Shown here: positions 26,603-35,048 of the stretch, piece after piece
Layout of the letters: each line of letters begins with the position of its first letter
Position numbering within the stretch: position 1 is the first letter of the stretch
Assembly: GCA_016209495.1 (NCBI GenBank)
Contig: JACQVX010000187.1
Coordinates: forward strand, 1 to 57,269
DNA from: Planctomycetota bacterium
GTDB lineage: Bacteria > Planctomycetota > JACQVX01
Length of the DNA: 57,269 bases
Reading direction: 5' to 3'
The notes under the pieces: generated by a model
What the model saw: the letters and a program-made list of their open reading frames with translations, nothing else
Databases searched by the model: none
What the model was told of the DNA's origin: nothing
Program-made: the position numbers and the translations under genes

Positions 26603-29600
26603 GCGAGGCCCCCGTGGCGCAAGTGGAATGCGGTGGGCTGCCGGCGGTAGTCTCGCAGGCTGAGGCTGGCGTCCAGGACCGCGAGCACCTCGGTCGAGGC
26701 CCCGGGCTCCACGTCGATGGCCAGCACCGAGGCGGCCTGGTAGACGCGGTGGAGCCCCAGCCCGGCCCCCCCAGCCTTTTCCTCGAGCTCGGCCTTCCCG
26801 CGGGACAAGGTCCTCCCAAGATAGTCCAGCACCGTCTCGGGGCGCAAGCTGCCGAAGGGGTCGCGCACGTCCACCAGGATGCGCCCCGGCGCCACGGCGC
26901 ACCGGAGACGCGCGGCCTCGCCCGGTTCCAGGTGCACGGCCTCCCGGCGGTCCAGGTGGGCGTGGCGCGGCGCGCCGGCCGGGTCGACCGGGGCGTTGAA
27001 GACCGCGTTGGTGATGAGCTCGTCGGCCACCGTCTGGACCTGGGAGCGCAGGAACTCGTCCACCCCCGCGGCCAGGAGGAACTCGTCCAGCCCCTGCACC
27101 GCCCCGGCGCGCTCGCGGCTGCCCCGGATCTCCGCCTCGTGGAGTCGCTCGCCGCCCGGGAGCCACGGTCCCCACCACCCGCGGACGGGCCCCAGGCAGG
27201 CCTGGAGGGTGGCCCGCAGGTCCTGGAGGGCCAGCGAGGAGGGAAGGAACGTGGCGTGGGTCGAGGAGGCCGCGCGAAGGGCGTCCAGGTGGCCCGCCAG
27301 GCTGCCCTGGGCCACCAGGACCCGGAGCGAGGCGCTCGCCGCTCGGGCCGCCTCTCCGAGGACCTCCTCCCGATCGGCGATGACCGCGTGGAACGCGCCG
27401 GTGTCCAGGAGGCGGGGGACCTCGCGGGCCTCGACCTCCTCGGACCGCAGCGCCAGCCCATCCAGGTAGAGCCTACCCGCGCCCAGGAGCCCCCCCACGT
27501 CCCCCACCACCAGCGCCCGCCGTTCCGGCATCTCGCGCACCTTCCCGACCACCACCGTCACGTCGTCCTGGGGCGGCGCCCCCCGGGCGTGCGCGGCCGC
27601 CTCCCCCACCAGGCCCTCCAGTATGGGGAGCGCCCCTTCCCGGGCGCGGCGCCGCACCGCCTCCACCAGGCGTCGTTTTCCGAAGGGCTCGCCGTCCGGA
27701 CCCGGGCGCTCCGGGACGCCGTCCGAGTACCATACCACCACGTCCCCGGGGGCGAGCGAGACCTCCTGCTCGCGGTAGTGCGCCTCCGGCCCCTCGCCCA
27801 GCCGCACGCCCCGGGCACGCAGGAACTCCACCTCGCCCCCCTGGGCGCGCAGGAGCACCGGGAAGCAATGCCCCGCGTTCGCGTAGCGCAGGGCCCCGGT
27901 GTGGAGGTCCAGGGTCGAGGCGAAGAAGGTCATGCAGAGCCGGCGGTCGGCCAGCTCGGCGATGACCCGGTTGAGGCGCTCCAGGAGGGAGGCGGGGGAG
28001 AGGAGGTCCCTCGGGGGCGTCCCCGCCGTCTGGACTAGGTCCTGCAGCTCGCCCAGGGTGCGCACGAAGCTGTCCGCCGCCGCGGCGATGAGGGCCGAGG
28101 GGACGCCGTGGCCGGTCACGTCCCCGATGAGGACCGCGAGCCTCTCCCGCCGGGGGTCCATCAGGTAGCCGTACCAGTCCCCGCCCACCTCCGTGGCCGC
28201 GGCGAAGTGGCCCGCCAGGTCCATGACGCGCGTGCTGGGGTGCGAGCGGGGGAGCAGGGTGCGTTGCACCGCCTCCGCGGTCCGGAGTTCGGCCTGCATG
28301 CGCGTCTTCTCGATCATCTCCCCCAGGAGCCGGATGTTCTCCACCGCCACGGCGCAGGCCCCGGCGATGATCTCGGCGAACTCCCGGTCCGTCCGGCCGA
28401 AGGGGAGGCCGTCCTCCCGCTCGTGGCACGCCAGGACCCCGAGGACGCACCCCTCGTAGACGAAGGGCACGCAGAGGATGCGCCGCGCGTCCTCGAACAG
28501 GACCTCCATTCGGCCCTGGCCCCCCTCGGCCGGGACCGGTTCCTCGAGCCCCTCCGCCGCGCGATAGCCCGCGGGGCTGGGGGCATTGAGCAGGACCGAG
28601 CGGGTGCGCCCGGCGACGAAGCCCACGACGCCCTCGCCCTGCGAGAGCGGCTCGTCCCCGGGCTCCTCGCCCTCGGGCCAGCCCAAGGCCGCCACGACCC
28701 GGAGGACGCCGCCTTCCAGCACCCCGAAGGCCAGGCGACGCACGCGCAGCACCTCGTGCACGGACCGGAGGGCGCGCGCCGCCAGGGGTTCCAGCTCCAG
28801 CATGGAGCCCAGCTCCCGCGCCGTCTCGTGGATGGCCTCCACCTCGCGGTCGCGCGCCAGGAGGGCGCCCCCCATCCGATTGAAGGAGCCCGCCAGGACC
28901 GCCATCTCTCCGCCGCCCCCCTCGGGGAGCCGGTGGCGCAAGTTCCCGACGGCGAACTCCCGGGTCGCCTCCACCAGCCGGTAGACGGGCCGCACGATGC
29001 GCGCCGCCAGGAGGAGTCCCGCGGCCACGGCCGCCAGGACCGTGGCGACGCCCAGGGCCAGCGTGACCCACGCCATCTTGCGCGCCGCGTGATAGGCGTC
29101 GTCCTCCGGCTCCACCACCAGCACGCCCCAGTCCACGAGCGGGTCCCGGACGCGCGCGTATCCCACCAGGAGCCGCTCGCCCCCGGGGCCCGTCACGCCG
29201 GTCGTCCCCGGGATGCGTTCCTCCCGGAGCTGCCGGCGCAGCCCCTCATCGGCCCAGGGCAGGGGTTCCCGGGCCATGGCCCTCTCCTGGTCCGGGTGGG
29301 CGAGAAGGCGCCCCTCGGCGTCCAGGAGCGCGGCGTAGCCCCGGCGGCGGAACCCCGCCGAGCCCAGCGCGCCCATGAGGGGGGCCAGGTCCAGGGCCGC
29401 CGCCAGGACTGCGCCCTCGCCCAGCGGGCGCGCGTAGGGCAGGAGCAGTCTCTCCAGGCGAGGACAGGCCTGTACCTCGCCCAGGCGCTCCCCGCCGCCC
29501 GCCAGGACCTCGCGCGCGGGGACGGCCTCCAGGAAGCGGGCCAGTTCCTCCGGGGAGGGCCCGTCCTCGCCCTGGCGCACGCCCACGGCCACGACGCGCC

Positions 29601-29913
29601 CCTCTCCCTCCAGGACGGCCAGGGCCAGGAGCTCCGGGTACTGGCCCAGCAGGAACTCCACGTAGCGCTCGAGGGCGGCGGGCTCCATCCCGACGAGGTC
29701 CCGGTCGTAGGTGCTGGCCGCCAGCTCGGAACGGGCGCGGCCCAGGAACGAGGACACCACCTCTTCCTGGTGCTTGGCCCGGTCCGTGTGGCCCTCCTGC
29801 ACGCTGGCCTGCAGCTCCTCCTTGTTGATGTCTATGAGGGCATACCCCGCCGTGGCCAGCGGGACGACGCCGATGACGAGGGTGAGGCCGATGAGCTGGT
29901 AGATGAGCCTCAT
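26599..29913 (-). CDS. membrane sensor: periplasmic (Cache-like) domain - HAMP - GAF - PP2C/SpoIIE phosphatase - pseudo-receiver-like linker - RsbW/SpoIIAB-like HATPase domain
   Basis: ATG 29913 (MRLIYQLIGLTLVIGVVPLA, TM1), a ~300-aa periplasmic part, TM2, then HAMP (VYRLVEATREFAVGNLRHRL). The PP2C region has GGDWYGYL, LIGDVTGHGVPSA, YANAGH, WYSDGV and DDVTVVV. The C-terminal ADELITNAVFNA...GGAGLGL is anti-sigma-kinase-like. Only the last 1104 codons of track ORF 26599..35163 are real. Confidence 0.85.
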   Translation of the reverse strand: MRLIYQLIGLTLVIGVVPLATAGYALIDINKEELQASVQEGHTDRAKHQEEVVSSFLGRARSELAASTYDRDLVGMEPAALERYVEFLLGQYPELLALAVLEGEGRVVAVGVRQGEDGPSPEELARFLEAVPAREVLAGGGERLGEVQACPRLERLLLPYARPLGEGAVLAAALDLAPLMGALGSAGFRRRGYAALLDAEGRLLAHPDQERAMAREPLPWADEGLRRQLREERIPGTTGVTGPGGERLLVGYARVRDPLVDWGVLVVEPEDDAYHAARKMAWVTLALGVATVLAAVAAGLLLAARIVRPVYRLVEATREFAVGNLRHRLPEGGGGEMAVLAGSFNRMGGALLARDREVEAIHETARELGSMLELEPLAARALRSVHEVLRVRRLAFGVLEGGVLRVVAALGWPEGEEPGDEPLSQGEGVVGFVAGRTRSVLLNAPSPAGYRAAEGLEEPVPAEGGQGRMEVLFEDARRILCVPFVYEGCVLGVLACHEREDGLPFGRTDREFAEIIAGACAVAVENIRLLGEMIEKTRMQAELRTAEAVQRTLLPRSHPSTRVMDLAGHFAAATEVGGDWYGYLMDPRRERLAVLIGDVTGHGVPSALIAAAADSFVRTLGELQDLVQTAGTPPRDLLSPASLLERLNRVIAELADRRLCMTFFASTLDLHTGALRYANAGHCFPVLLRAQGGEVEFLRARGVRLGEGPEAHYREQEVSLAPGDVVVWYSDGVPERPGPDGEPFGKRRLVEAVRRRAREGALPILEGLVGEAAAHARGAPPQDDVTVVVGKVREMPERRALVVGDVGGLLGAGRLYLDGLALRSEEVEAREVPRLLDTGAFHAVIADREEVLGEAARAASASLRVLVAQGSLAGHLDALRAASSTHATFLPSSLALQDLRATLQACLGPVRGWWGPWLPGGERLHEAEIRGSRERAGAVQGLDEFLLAAGVDEFLRSQVQTVADELITNAVFNAPVDPAGAPRHAHLDRREAVHLEPGEAARLRCAVAPGRILVDVRDPFGSLRPETVLDYLGRTLSRGKAELEEKAGGAGLGLHRVYQAASVLAIDVEPGASTEVLAVLDASLSLRDYRRQPTAFHLRHGGLA

Positions 29914-29999
29914 TCGTGGCGCCCAGTCTCCGCCCCGCGCCCCCGCCAGGCAAGTCCCCGAAAACCGGATTTCCTTTGACCCATCCCGCCAGCCTATGG

Positions 30000-30020
30000 T
30001 CACATGTGAGTCACAGGTGA
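30000..30020. promoter_or_regulatory. two adjacent TCACAnGTGA palindromic boxes in the divergent intergenic region (candidate operator)
   Basis: TCACATGTGA (a perfect 10-bp palindrome, 30000-30009), then G, then TCACAGGTGA (30011-30020). They sit in the 162-nt region between the PP2C sensor gene and the Kelch/HYR lipoprotein gene. Confidence 0.3.
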
Positions 30021-30075
30021 AAGCGTGGCGGCCTTTGGGGGGACAGGGGGCGGCCGCGCTGGAAGAGGGGGGCCG

Positions 30076-33000
30076 GTGCGTCTTCCGGGACGCTGGCATG
30101 CCTTCGGGCTCTGCCTCACCGCGCTGCTCGTGTCGAGCTGCGCCGGAGGGGGAGTGTCGGGTCCCCCTGGCACCCTCACCATCACCCTGGTCGATGCCCC
30201 CTCGCTCCTCCCGCACCTGGCCGAGGTGCGCGTGGGTATCGCGCGACTGGAGATCGTCGCGGCCGTGGAGGGAGGGGACCTGGTGCTGCCCCTCCTGGAT
30301 CGGCCCACGGACCCGCTCGTCTACGACCTCCTCGCCCTCCAGGGCGGTGTCACGGCCCAGGTGCTCCAGACGGAGCTGCCCGCCGCGACGTATCGGGAGC
30401 TGAGGCTCCATCTCGCGGGAGACCAGGCGCGCGTCACACTGGTCCAGGGCGACGGGGTGCGGGTCTTCAGCCCCTCCGACGGCAGCCTGATCCTGACGGC
30501 GTCCGCCCTGTCCGCCATCGTGCTCCCCTTCCAGGAGCCGGTGGTCGTGCTGCCCGGGCGGCTGACCGAACTGGTGCTGGACTTCGACGTGAGCGCCTCC
30601 CTCCGGGCCGTCCCCACGGACTACGCGAGCATCGCGGAGGTCCGGGCCCTGGAGCTGGGACCCGAGCTGCGCGTCTCCAACGTCCAGACCACCGCCAGCC
30701 TTCGGGGGACCGTCCTTTCCGACGCCGGGACACCCGGCAGCGCCATCGACGACACCGGGCTGGACGACGTGCACCTCACCGTGGCCACCGAGGGGGCGGA
30801 GGTGGCCCATACCGCTACCGCCCCAGGCGGTGGCTATCTCCTGGCCGGCCTCCCCGCGGGGGATTACCACCTGAGACTGGAGAGGCAGGGGCACCGGACC
30901 ACCTTCGCCTCGGTGTCCCTGGCGGCGGGCGAGTCGCGCCTGGACCTCGTCATGCCCCTCGCCTCGGGGTCCGACCCCGGGACCTGGACCCTGACGGCGT
31001 CGGCCGGCGCCCCTGCCGCCCGGGCCTTCCACACCACCGTGTGGACCGGGGGCCAGGCGCTGAGCTGGGGCGGCCAGACCGCCATGGGCGTCACCGCGAC
31101 GGGGGCCCGCTACGACCCGGCCACCGACGGCTGGACGCCCACCTCGACGGCGGGCGCGCCCGCGGCGCGCAGCTTTCACACGGCGGTCTGGACGGGCTCC
31201 CGCATGGTGGTCTGGGGAGGCCGGGACGCCGCCGGGACGATGGTGGGGAGCGGGGCCCGCTACGACCCGGCGACGGACGCGTGGACACCCACCGCCCTCA
31301 GCGGTGCGACCCTCCCGCGGGCCTTCCACACGGCGGTGTGGACCGGGACCCGGATGGTGGTCTGGGGTGGCATCGATTCGACCGGCCAGCACTCGTCGGC
31401 CGGCGGGGTCTACGACCCGCTCCAGGACACCTGGACCCCTGCGGCGTCGGCCGGCGCCCCGGGCTCGCGGCAGGAGCACACCGCCGTGTGGGCCGCGGGT
31501 CGCATGGTGGTCTGGGGCGGGCGCAACGGCGGCACGCTCCACGGCAGCGGCGGGGTCTACGACCCGGTCGCGGACCTCTGGTCGCCCACGTCCGCGGCGG
31601 GCGCGCCGAGCCCGCGCTTCCTCCACGCGGCGGTGGCCGCCGGCCGCGTCATGGTGGTATGGGGCGGGCGAGAGGCCGGCGGCCAGGCCACCGATTCGGG
31701 GGCCGTCTACGACCCGGACCTGGACACCTGGGTCCCGACCGCCGCCGCGGGCGCCCCTCCGGGCCGCATGCGCCACGCGGCCGTGTGGACCGGCGTCGAG
31801 GTGCTGTTCTGGGGTGGCCAGCGTGGCGTCTACCTCCTGGGGTCGGGCGGCCGCTACGAGCCCGGGACCTCCACCTGGGGAACGATGAACGAGGACGGGG
31901 GGCCGTCGGGTCGAATCCAGCACACGCTCACATGGACTGGCCGGGAGGCCCTGGTCTGGGGTGGACGGACCGGGGCCGGCCTGATGGGAGACGGGGCACG
32001 ATACGACCCGCACGGCACCCTCCCACCCCCGGAGCCTCAGGGACCTCCGCAGAACGGGAGCATCCGCATCGACCTGACGGACCCCTCGCCCATCATCCGG
32101 GACACGACCCCCCCTGCGATCCAGGCCCCGCCGGACCTCCTGGTGGAGTGCGCCGGCCGCGGAGGCCAGGCCGTGTACCTGGGCAGGGCGACGGTCATGG
32201 ATGACGTGGACCCGACGCCCTCCCTGGTGAACGACGCCCCGGCCCTCTTCACCATGGGCGTGACGGTCGTGACCTGGACGACCTGGGATGCCGCCGGCAA
32301 CCTGGCCACCGCCTCCCAGCGGGTCACGCTCCAGGACACGACGCCGCCGGCCCTGGCGGCGCCGCCGGACCTGGTGGTGGAGTGCGCGGGCCCTGCGAGC
32401 CACGCCGTGGCGATCGGCCAGGCCACCGCCACGGACCTCTGCGATCCGGCCCCGGCGGTCTCGAGCGACGCCCCGGCCCTCTTCCCCATGGGCGTGACGG
32501 TCGTCACCTGGACCGCCACGGACGGCGCGGGGAACCGAGCCACCGCCTCCCAGCGGGTCACGCTCCAGGACACGACGCCGCCGGCCCTGGCGGCGCCGCC
32601 GGACCTGGTGGTGGAGTGCGCGGGCCCTGCGAGCCACGCCGTGGCGATCGGCCAGGCCACGGCCACGGACCTCTGCGATCCGGCCCCGGCGGTCTCCAAC
32701 GATGCGCCGGGCTACTTCCCCCACGGGACCACCAGCGTCCGGTGGACGGCCCTCGACGCCAGCGGCAACCTGGCGGTGGCGCTGCAGCGTGTGACCTTGC
32801 TGGATCGCACCGCCCCGGTGGTGAGCGTCGAGTGGGAGCGACTGGGGCTGACCGGCGACCGCAGGGGCGACCGCGCCACCTTCCGCGTCCATGTCACGGC
32901 CCGGGATGCCTGCGACCCGGCTCCGGCCGTGCAGGCGCTCCTGGCCATCCCGGAGATGCCAGAGGGCACGACGGTGCACGTGAGGACAGAGGAGGCAGAC

Positions 33001-33453
33001 GACGGAGCGCTGGAGGAAACCCTGCGTTTCTGGCCCGGACGCGCGAAGATCGACCTGGAGGGCGCGGACGCCGCGGCCGTCCGGGCCCGGCTGGACACGG
33101 TCCTCGCGGCCGGCGGCGTGGCCGTGTCGGACGGCCAGACCATCGAGGTGCGCCTCAATCGCCATCCACACGACTGGAGGCGCTTCCAGTGGCTGGAGGG
33201 TTCGGTCTACCGCGTGGAGGGCATGGACAACGTCCGGCTGATGGTCTCGGCGACGGACGCCTCCGGCAATCGCGCCACGGCCGAGGCGGAGACCGCCCTC
33301 GAGCCCCGTGCCCACGGTGGCGGCGGTGACGACGACGGGGAAGGGGAGGATGACGAGGACGCCCACGACCACGCCCACGACCACGACGACGCCCACGACC
33401 ACGACGACGCCCACGACCACGCCCACGCCCACGCCCACGCCCACGACGACTAG
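30076..33453 (+). CDS. large lipoprotein: DUF4382-like N-domain, carboxypeptidase-regulatory-like domain, Kelch-type beta-propeller repeats, three HYR-like modules, C-terminal His/Asp-rich tail
   Basis: GTG 30076 gives (M)RLPGRWHAFGLCLTALLVSSC, a lipobox. There are seven or so repeats of the type FHTAVWTG.RMVVWGG....G.RYDP..D.W.P (about 30980-32010). Three DTTPPA..APPDL.VECAG... modules follow (about 32100-32810). The tail is DAHDHAHDHDDAHDHDDAHDHAHAHAHAHDD. Confidence 0.8.
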   Translation: MRLPGRWHAFGLCLTALLVSSCAGGGVSGPPGTLTITLVDAPSLLPHLAEVRVGIARLEIVAAVEGGDLVLPLLDRPTDPLVYDLLALQGGVTAQVLQTELPAATYRELRLHLAGDQARVTLVQGDGVRVFSPSDGSLILTASALSAIVLPFQEPVVVLPGRLTELVLDFDVSASLRAVPTDYASIAEVRALELGPELRVSNVQTTASLRGTVLSDAGTPGSAIDDTGLDDVHLTVATEGAEVAHTATAPGGGYLLAGLPAGDYHLRLERQGHRTTFASVSLAAGESRLDLVMPLASGSDPGTWTLTASAGAPAARAFHTTVWTGGQALSWGGQTAMGVTATGARYDPATDGWTPTSTAGAPAARSFHTAVWTGSRMVVWGGRDAAGTMVGSGARYDPATDAWTPTALSGATLPRAFHTAVWTGTRMVVWGGIDSTGQHSSAGGVYDPLQDTWTPAASAGAPGSRQEHTAVWAAGRMVVWGGRNGGTLHGSGGVYDPVADLWSPTSAAGAPSPRFLHAAVAAGRVMVVWGGREAGGQATDSGAVYDPDLDTWVPTAAAGAPPGRMRHAAVWTGVEVLFWGGQRGVYLLGSGGRYEPGTSTWGTMNEDGGPSGRIQHTLTWTGREALVWGGRTGAGLMGDGARYDPHGTLPPPEPQGPPQNGSIRIDLTDPSPIIRDTTPPAIQAPPDLLVECAGRGGQAVYLGRATVMDDVDPTPSLVNDAPALFTMGVTVVTWTTWDAAGNLATASQRVTLQDTTPPALAAPPDLVVECAGPASHAVAIGQATATDLCDPAPAVSSDAPALFPMGVTVVTWTATDGAGNRATASQRVTLQDTTPPALAAPPDLVVECAGPASHAVAIGQATATDLCDPAPAVSNDAPGYFPHGTTSVRWTALDASGNLAVALQRVTLLDRTAPVVSVEWERLGLTGDRRGDRATFRVHVTARDACDPAPAVQALLAIPEMPEGTTVHVRTEEADDGALEETLRFWPGRAKIDLEGADAAAVRARLDTVLAAGGVAVSDGQTIEVRLNRHPHDWRRFQWLEGSVYRVEGMDNVRLMVSATDASGNRATAEAETALEPRAHGGGGDDDGEGEDDEDAHDHAHDHDDAHDHDDAHDHAHAHAHAHDD
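32305..32696 (+). repeat. intragenic direct repeat: 158-nt blocks 32305-32462 and 32539-32696 (234-nt period), 1 mismatch
   Basis: Manual alignment: both copies read GCCACCGCCTCCCAGCGGGTCACGCTCCAGGACACGACGCCGCCGGCCCTGGCGGCGCCGCCGGACCTGGTGGTGGAGTGCGCGGGCCCTGCGAGCCACGCCGTGGCGATCGGCCAGGCCAC[C/G]GCCACGGACCTCTGCGATCCGGCCCCGGCGGTCTC. This is HYR modules 2 and 3. Confidence 0.85.
33319..33450 (+). repeat. coding low-complexity / microsatellite-like tract (GAC/CAC/GCC units) encoding the Asp/His tail
   Basis: GCCCACGACCACGACGAC occurs twice and GCCCAC occurs four times consecutively, among other units, immediately before the TAG stop at 33451. Confidence 0.8.
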
Positions 33454-33464
33454 GGGTGTAGCAG

Positions 33465-35048
33465 TTATCCTTGCACGGCGACCTGGGCCCCCGGGGCGCT
33501 GCGCACCCACCGCTCGACCTCCGCCAGGAATCGCCGCAGGAGGTCCTCCACGCCCGCCTCCGTCGAGAGCCCCTCCCGGTACTCGAAGACGACCTCCGCG
33601 CCCCGGTCGTCGGTGGTGAGGACGACGCCCACTCCAGGCTGTCGCTGGATAGAGCCCCGGATCCACGCGCGTTCCACCGCGAGGCCCTCGGGCCAGGCCA
33701 GCCCTGGAGGGACCCGGATGGTGCTGACCAGGAGCGAGAAGAAGAACGAGCGCGGATCCAGGTCGAAGCGCCGCAGGGCGCGCCGGAAGAGCCAGGGCGG
33801 GAGCACGGCGCTCAGGACCCCCAGGTTCACGGGCGTCTCCACCGCCTCCTCCAGGGTCCTGCCCTCCCGCACGCGATCCCGGATGAGGTCGGGGAGCGCG
33901 GGGGAGCGCACCTCGGCGGGGGTGAACTCGGCGCGTACCACCCCCACGTAATTCCCTGCCGAGGGGCCCAGGCCCAGTAGCGGCCGGAGGTCGGTAGGCA
34001 GGAGGAGCCGGAACGGGCGGTCGTCCAGGGATCGCGCGCGACGCCAGGCATCCGAGGCCACGAGGACCGAGGCGAGGACCAGGTCGTTGCGGCTCGACCC
34101 ACGCCCGTGGGCCGCCGCCCGCAGGGCCTCCCAGGCCTCGGGTCCCAGGCTGGCCTGCCGGTGCCGCGTGAGGCCGGGCCTCGCGTCCTCGCGCTCGAGG
34201 ACCGAGGCGTTCCTCACCCCCACCTTGTCCATGGGCCGGAGGTGGCGGCGGACCATGGCCAGGAGCCAGCGGCCGCCCCGGGGCGCGAGGAGCCGCCGGA
34301 ACCGCGGCTGAGGCGGCGGGCCTCCCGCGGCCGGTCCCGCCACCGCGTAGCCGGCGAGCAGCCGCTCGAGAAGGACCCACTGGCCGGTCCCGTCCGCGGC
34401 GCTGTGGTGCACGCTCATGACGAGCCTCCAGCCCCCGCCGGGCCGTGGGCCCACCCGGAGCCGGAAGGGCGGCCGGCGCGCGAGCCGGAACGGGGCGTCC
34501 AGGGCCTCGGCCTCGGTGCGCTCGTCCTCCGCCCCGTGCCAATCCACCAGGGCCTCGGGCCGGAAGGTGCCCCGACTCGTCACGGCCCGCATCACCCCCA
34601 GGGGGGCCTCCCAGACCAGGCTCCGCGCCACGGGCAGATCCTCCATGAGGCGCGCCACTGCCCGCAGCAGGGCGGGGCGGTCGGGGGGAGAGAGCAGGTC
34701 CAGGAAGAGGTGGCTGTTGACCCGCATCCCCGGGTAGTCGTGGGCGACGAAGAACCGGTCCAGGCCGTTCGGCGGCGCGGCTCCACCACCCGGACAGGCC
34801 CACAGGGCCCAGGCGGCGAGGCCCGCCGCCCAGGGGCCGCCGCCCCAGCCCAGGGGCCAGAGCCCCAGGTGGGCCAGGGCCGTGGCGGCCAGGGCGGGGC
34901 GGGACGGAGGCGACAGCAGGAACAGGGCGCCGAGCGCCGCGGCGGCGGTCGCGGCCCCTGGGGGGAGCGCCTCCGGGACCGCCCAGGGGACCGCGAGGAG
35001 GGAGGCGGCCGCCAGGGCGGCGGCTGTGCGTACGCGGAGCACCCTCAC
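33465..35048 (-). CDS. membrane-anchored condensation-domain (HHxxxDG) acyltransferase, PapA/WS-DGAT-like
   Basis: GTG 35048 overlaps the upstream TGA (GTGA). The N-terminus is hydrophobic (about 3 TM). The active-site-like motif VHHSAADGTG sits in a ~430-aa soluble domain. The upstream part of track ORF 33465..35669 is a shadow. Confidence 0.65.
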   Translation of the reverse strand: MRVLRVRTAAALAAASLLAVPWAVPEALPPGAATAAAALGALFLLSPPSRPALAATALAHLGLWPLGWGGGPWAAGLAAWALWACPGGGAAPPNGLDRFFVAHDYPGMRVNSHLFLDLLSPPDRPALLRAVARLMEDLPVARSLVWEAPLGVMRAVTSRGTFRPEALVDWHGAEDERTEAEALDAPFRLARRPPFRLRVGPRPGGGWRLVMSVHHSAADGTGQWVLLERLLAGYAVAGPAAGGPPPQPRFRRLLAPRGGRWLLAMVRRHLRPMDKVGVRNASVLEREDARPGLTRHRQASLGPEAWEALRAAAHGRGSSRNDLVLASVLVASDAWRRARSLDDRPFRLLLPTDLRPLLGLGPSAGNYVGVVRAEFTPAEVRSPALPDLIRDRVREGRTLEEAVETPVNLGVLSAVLPPWLFRRALRRFDLDPRSFFFSLLVSTIRVPPGLAWPEGLAVERAWIRGSIQRQPGVGVVLTTDDRGAEVVFEYREGLSTEAGVEDLLRRFLAEVERWVRSAPGAQVAVQG

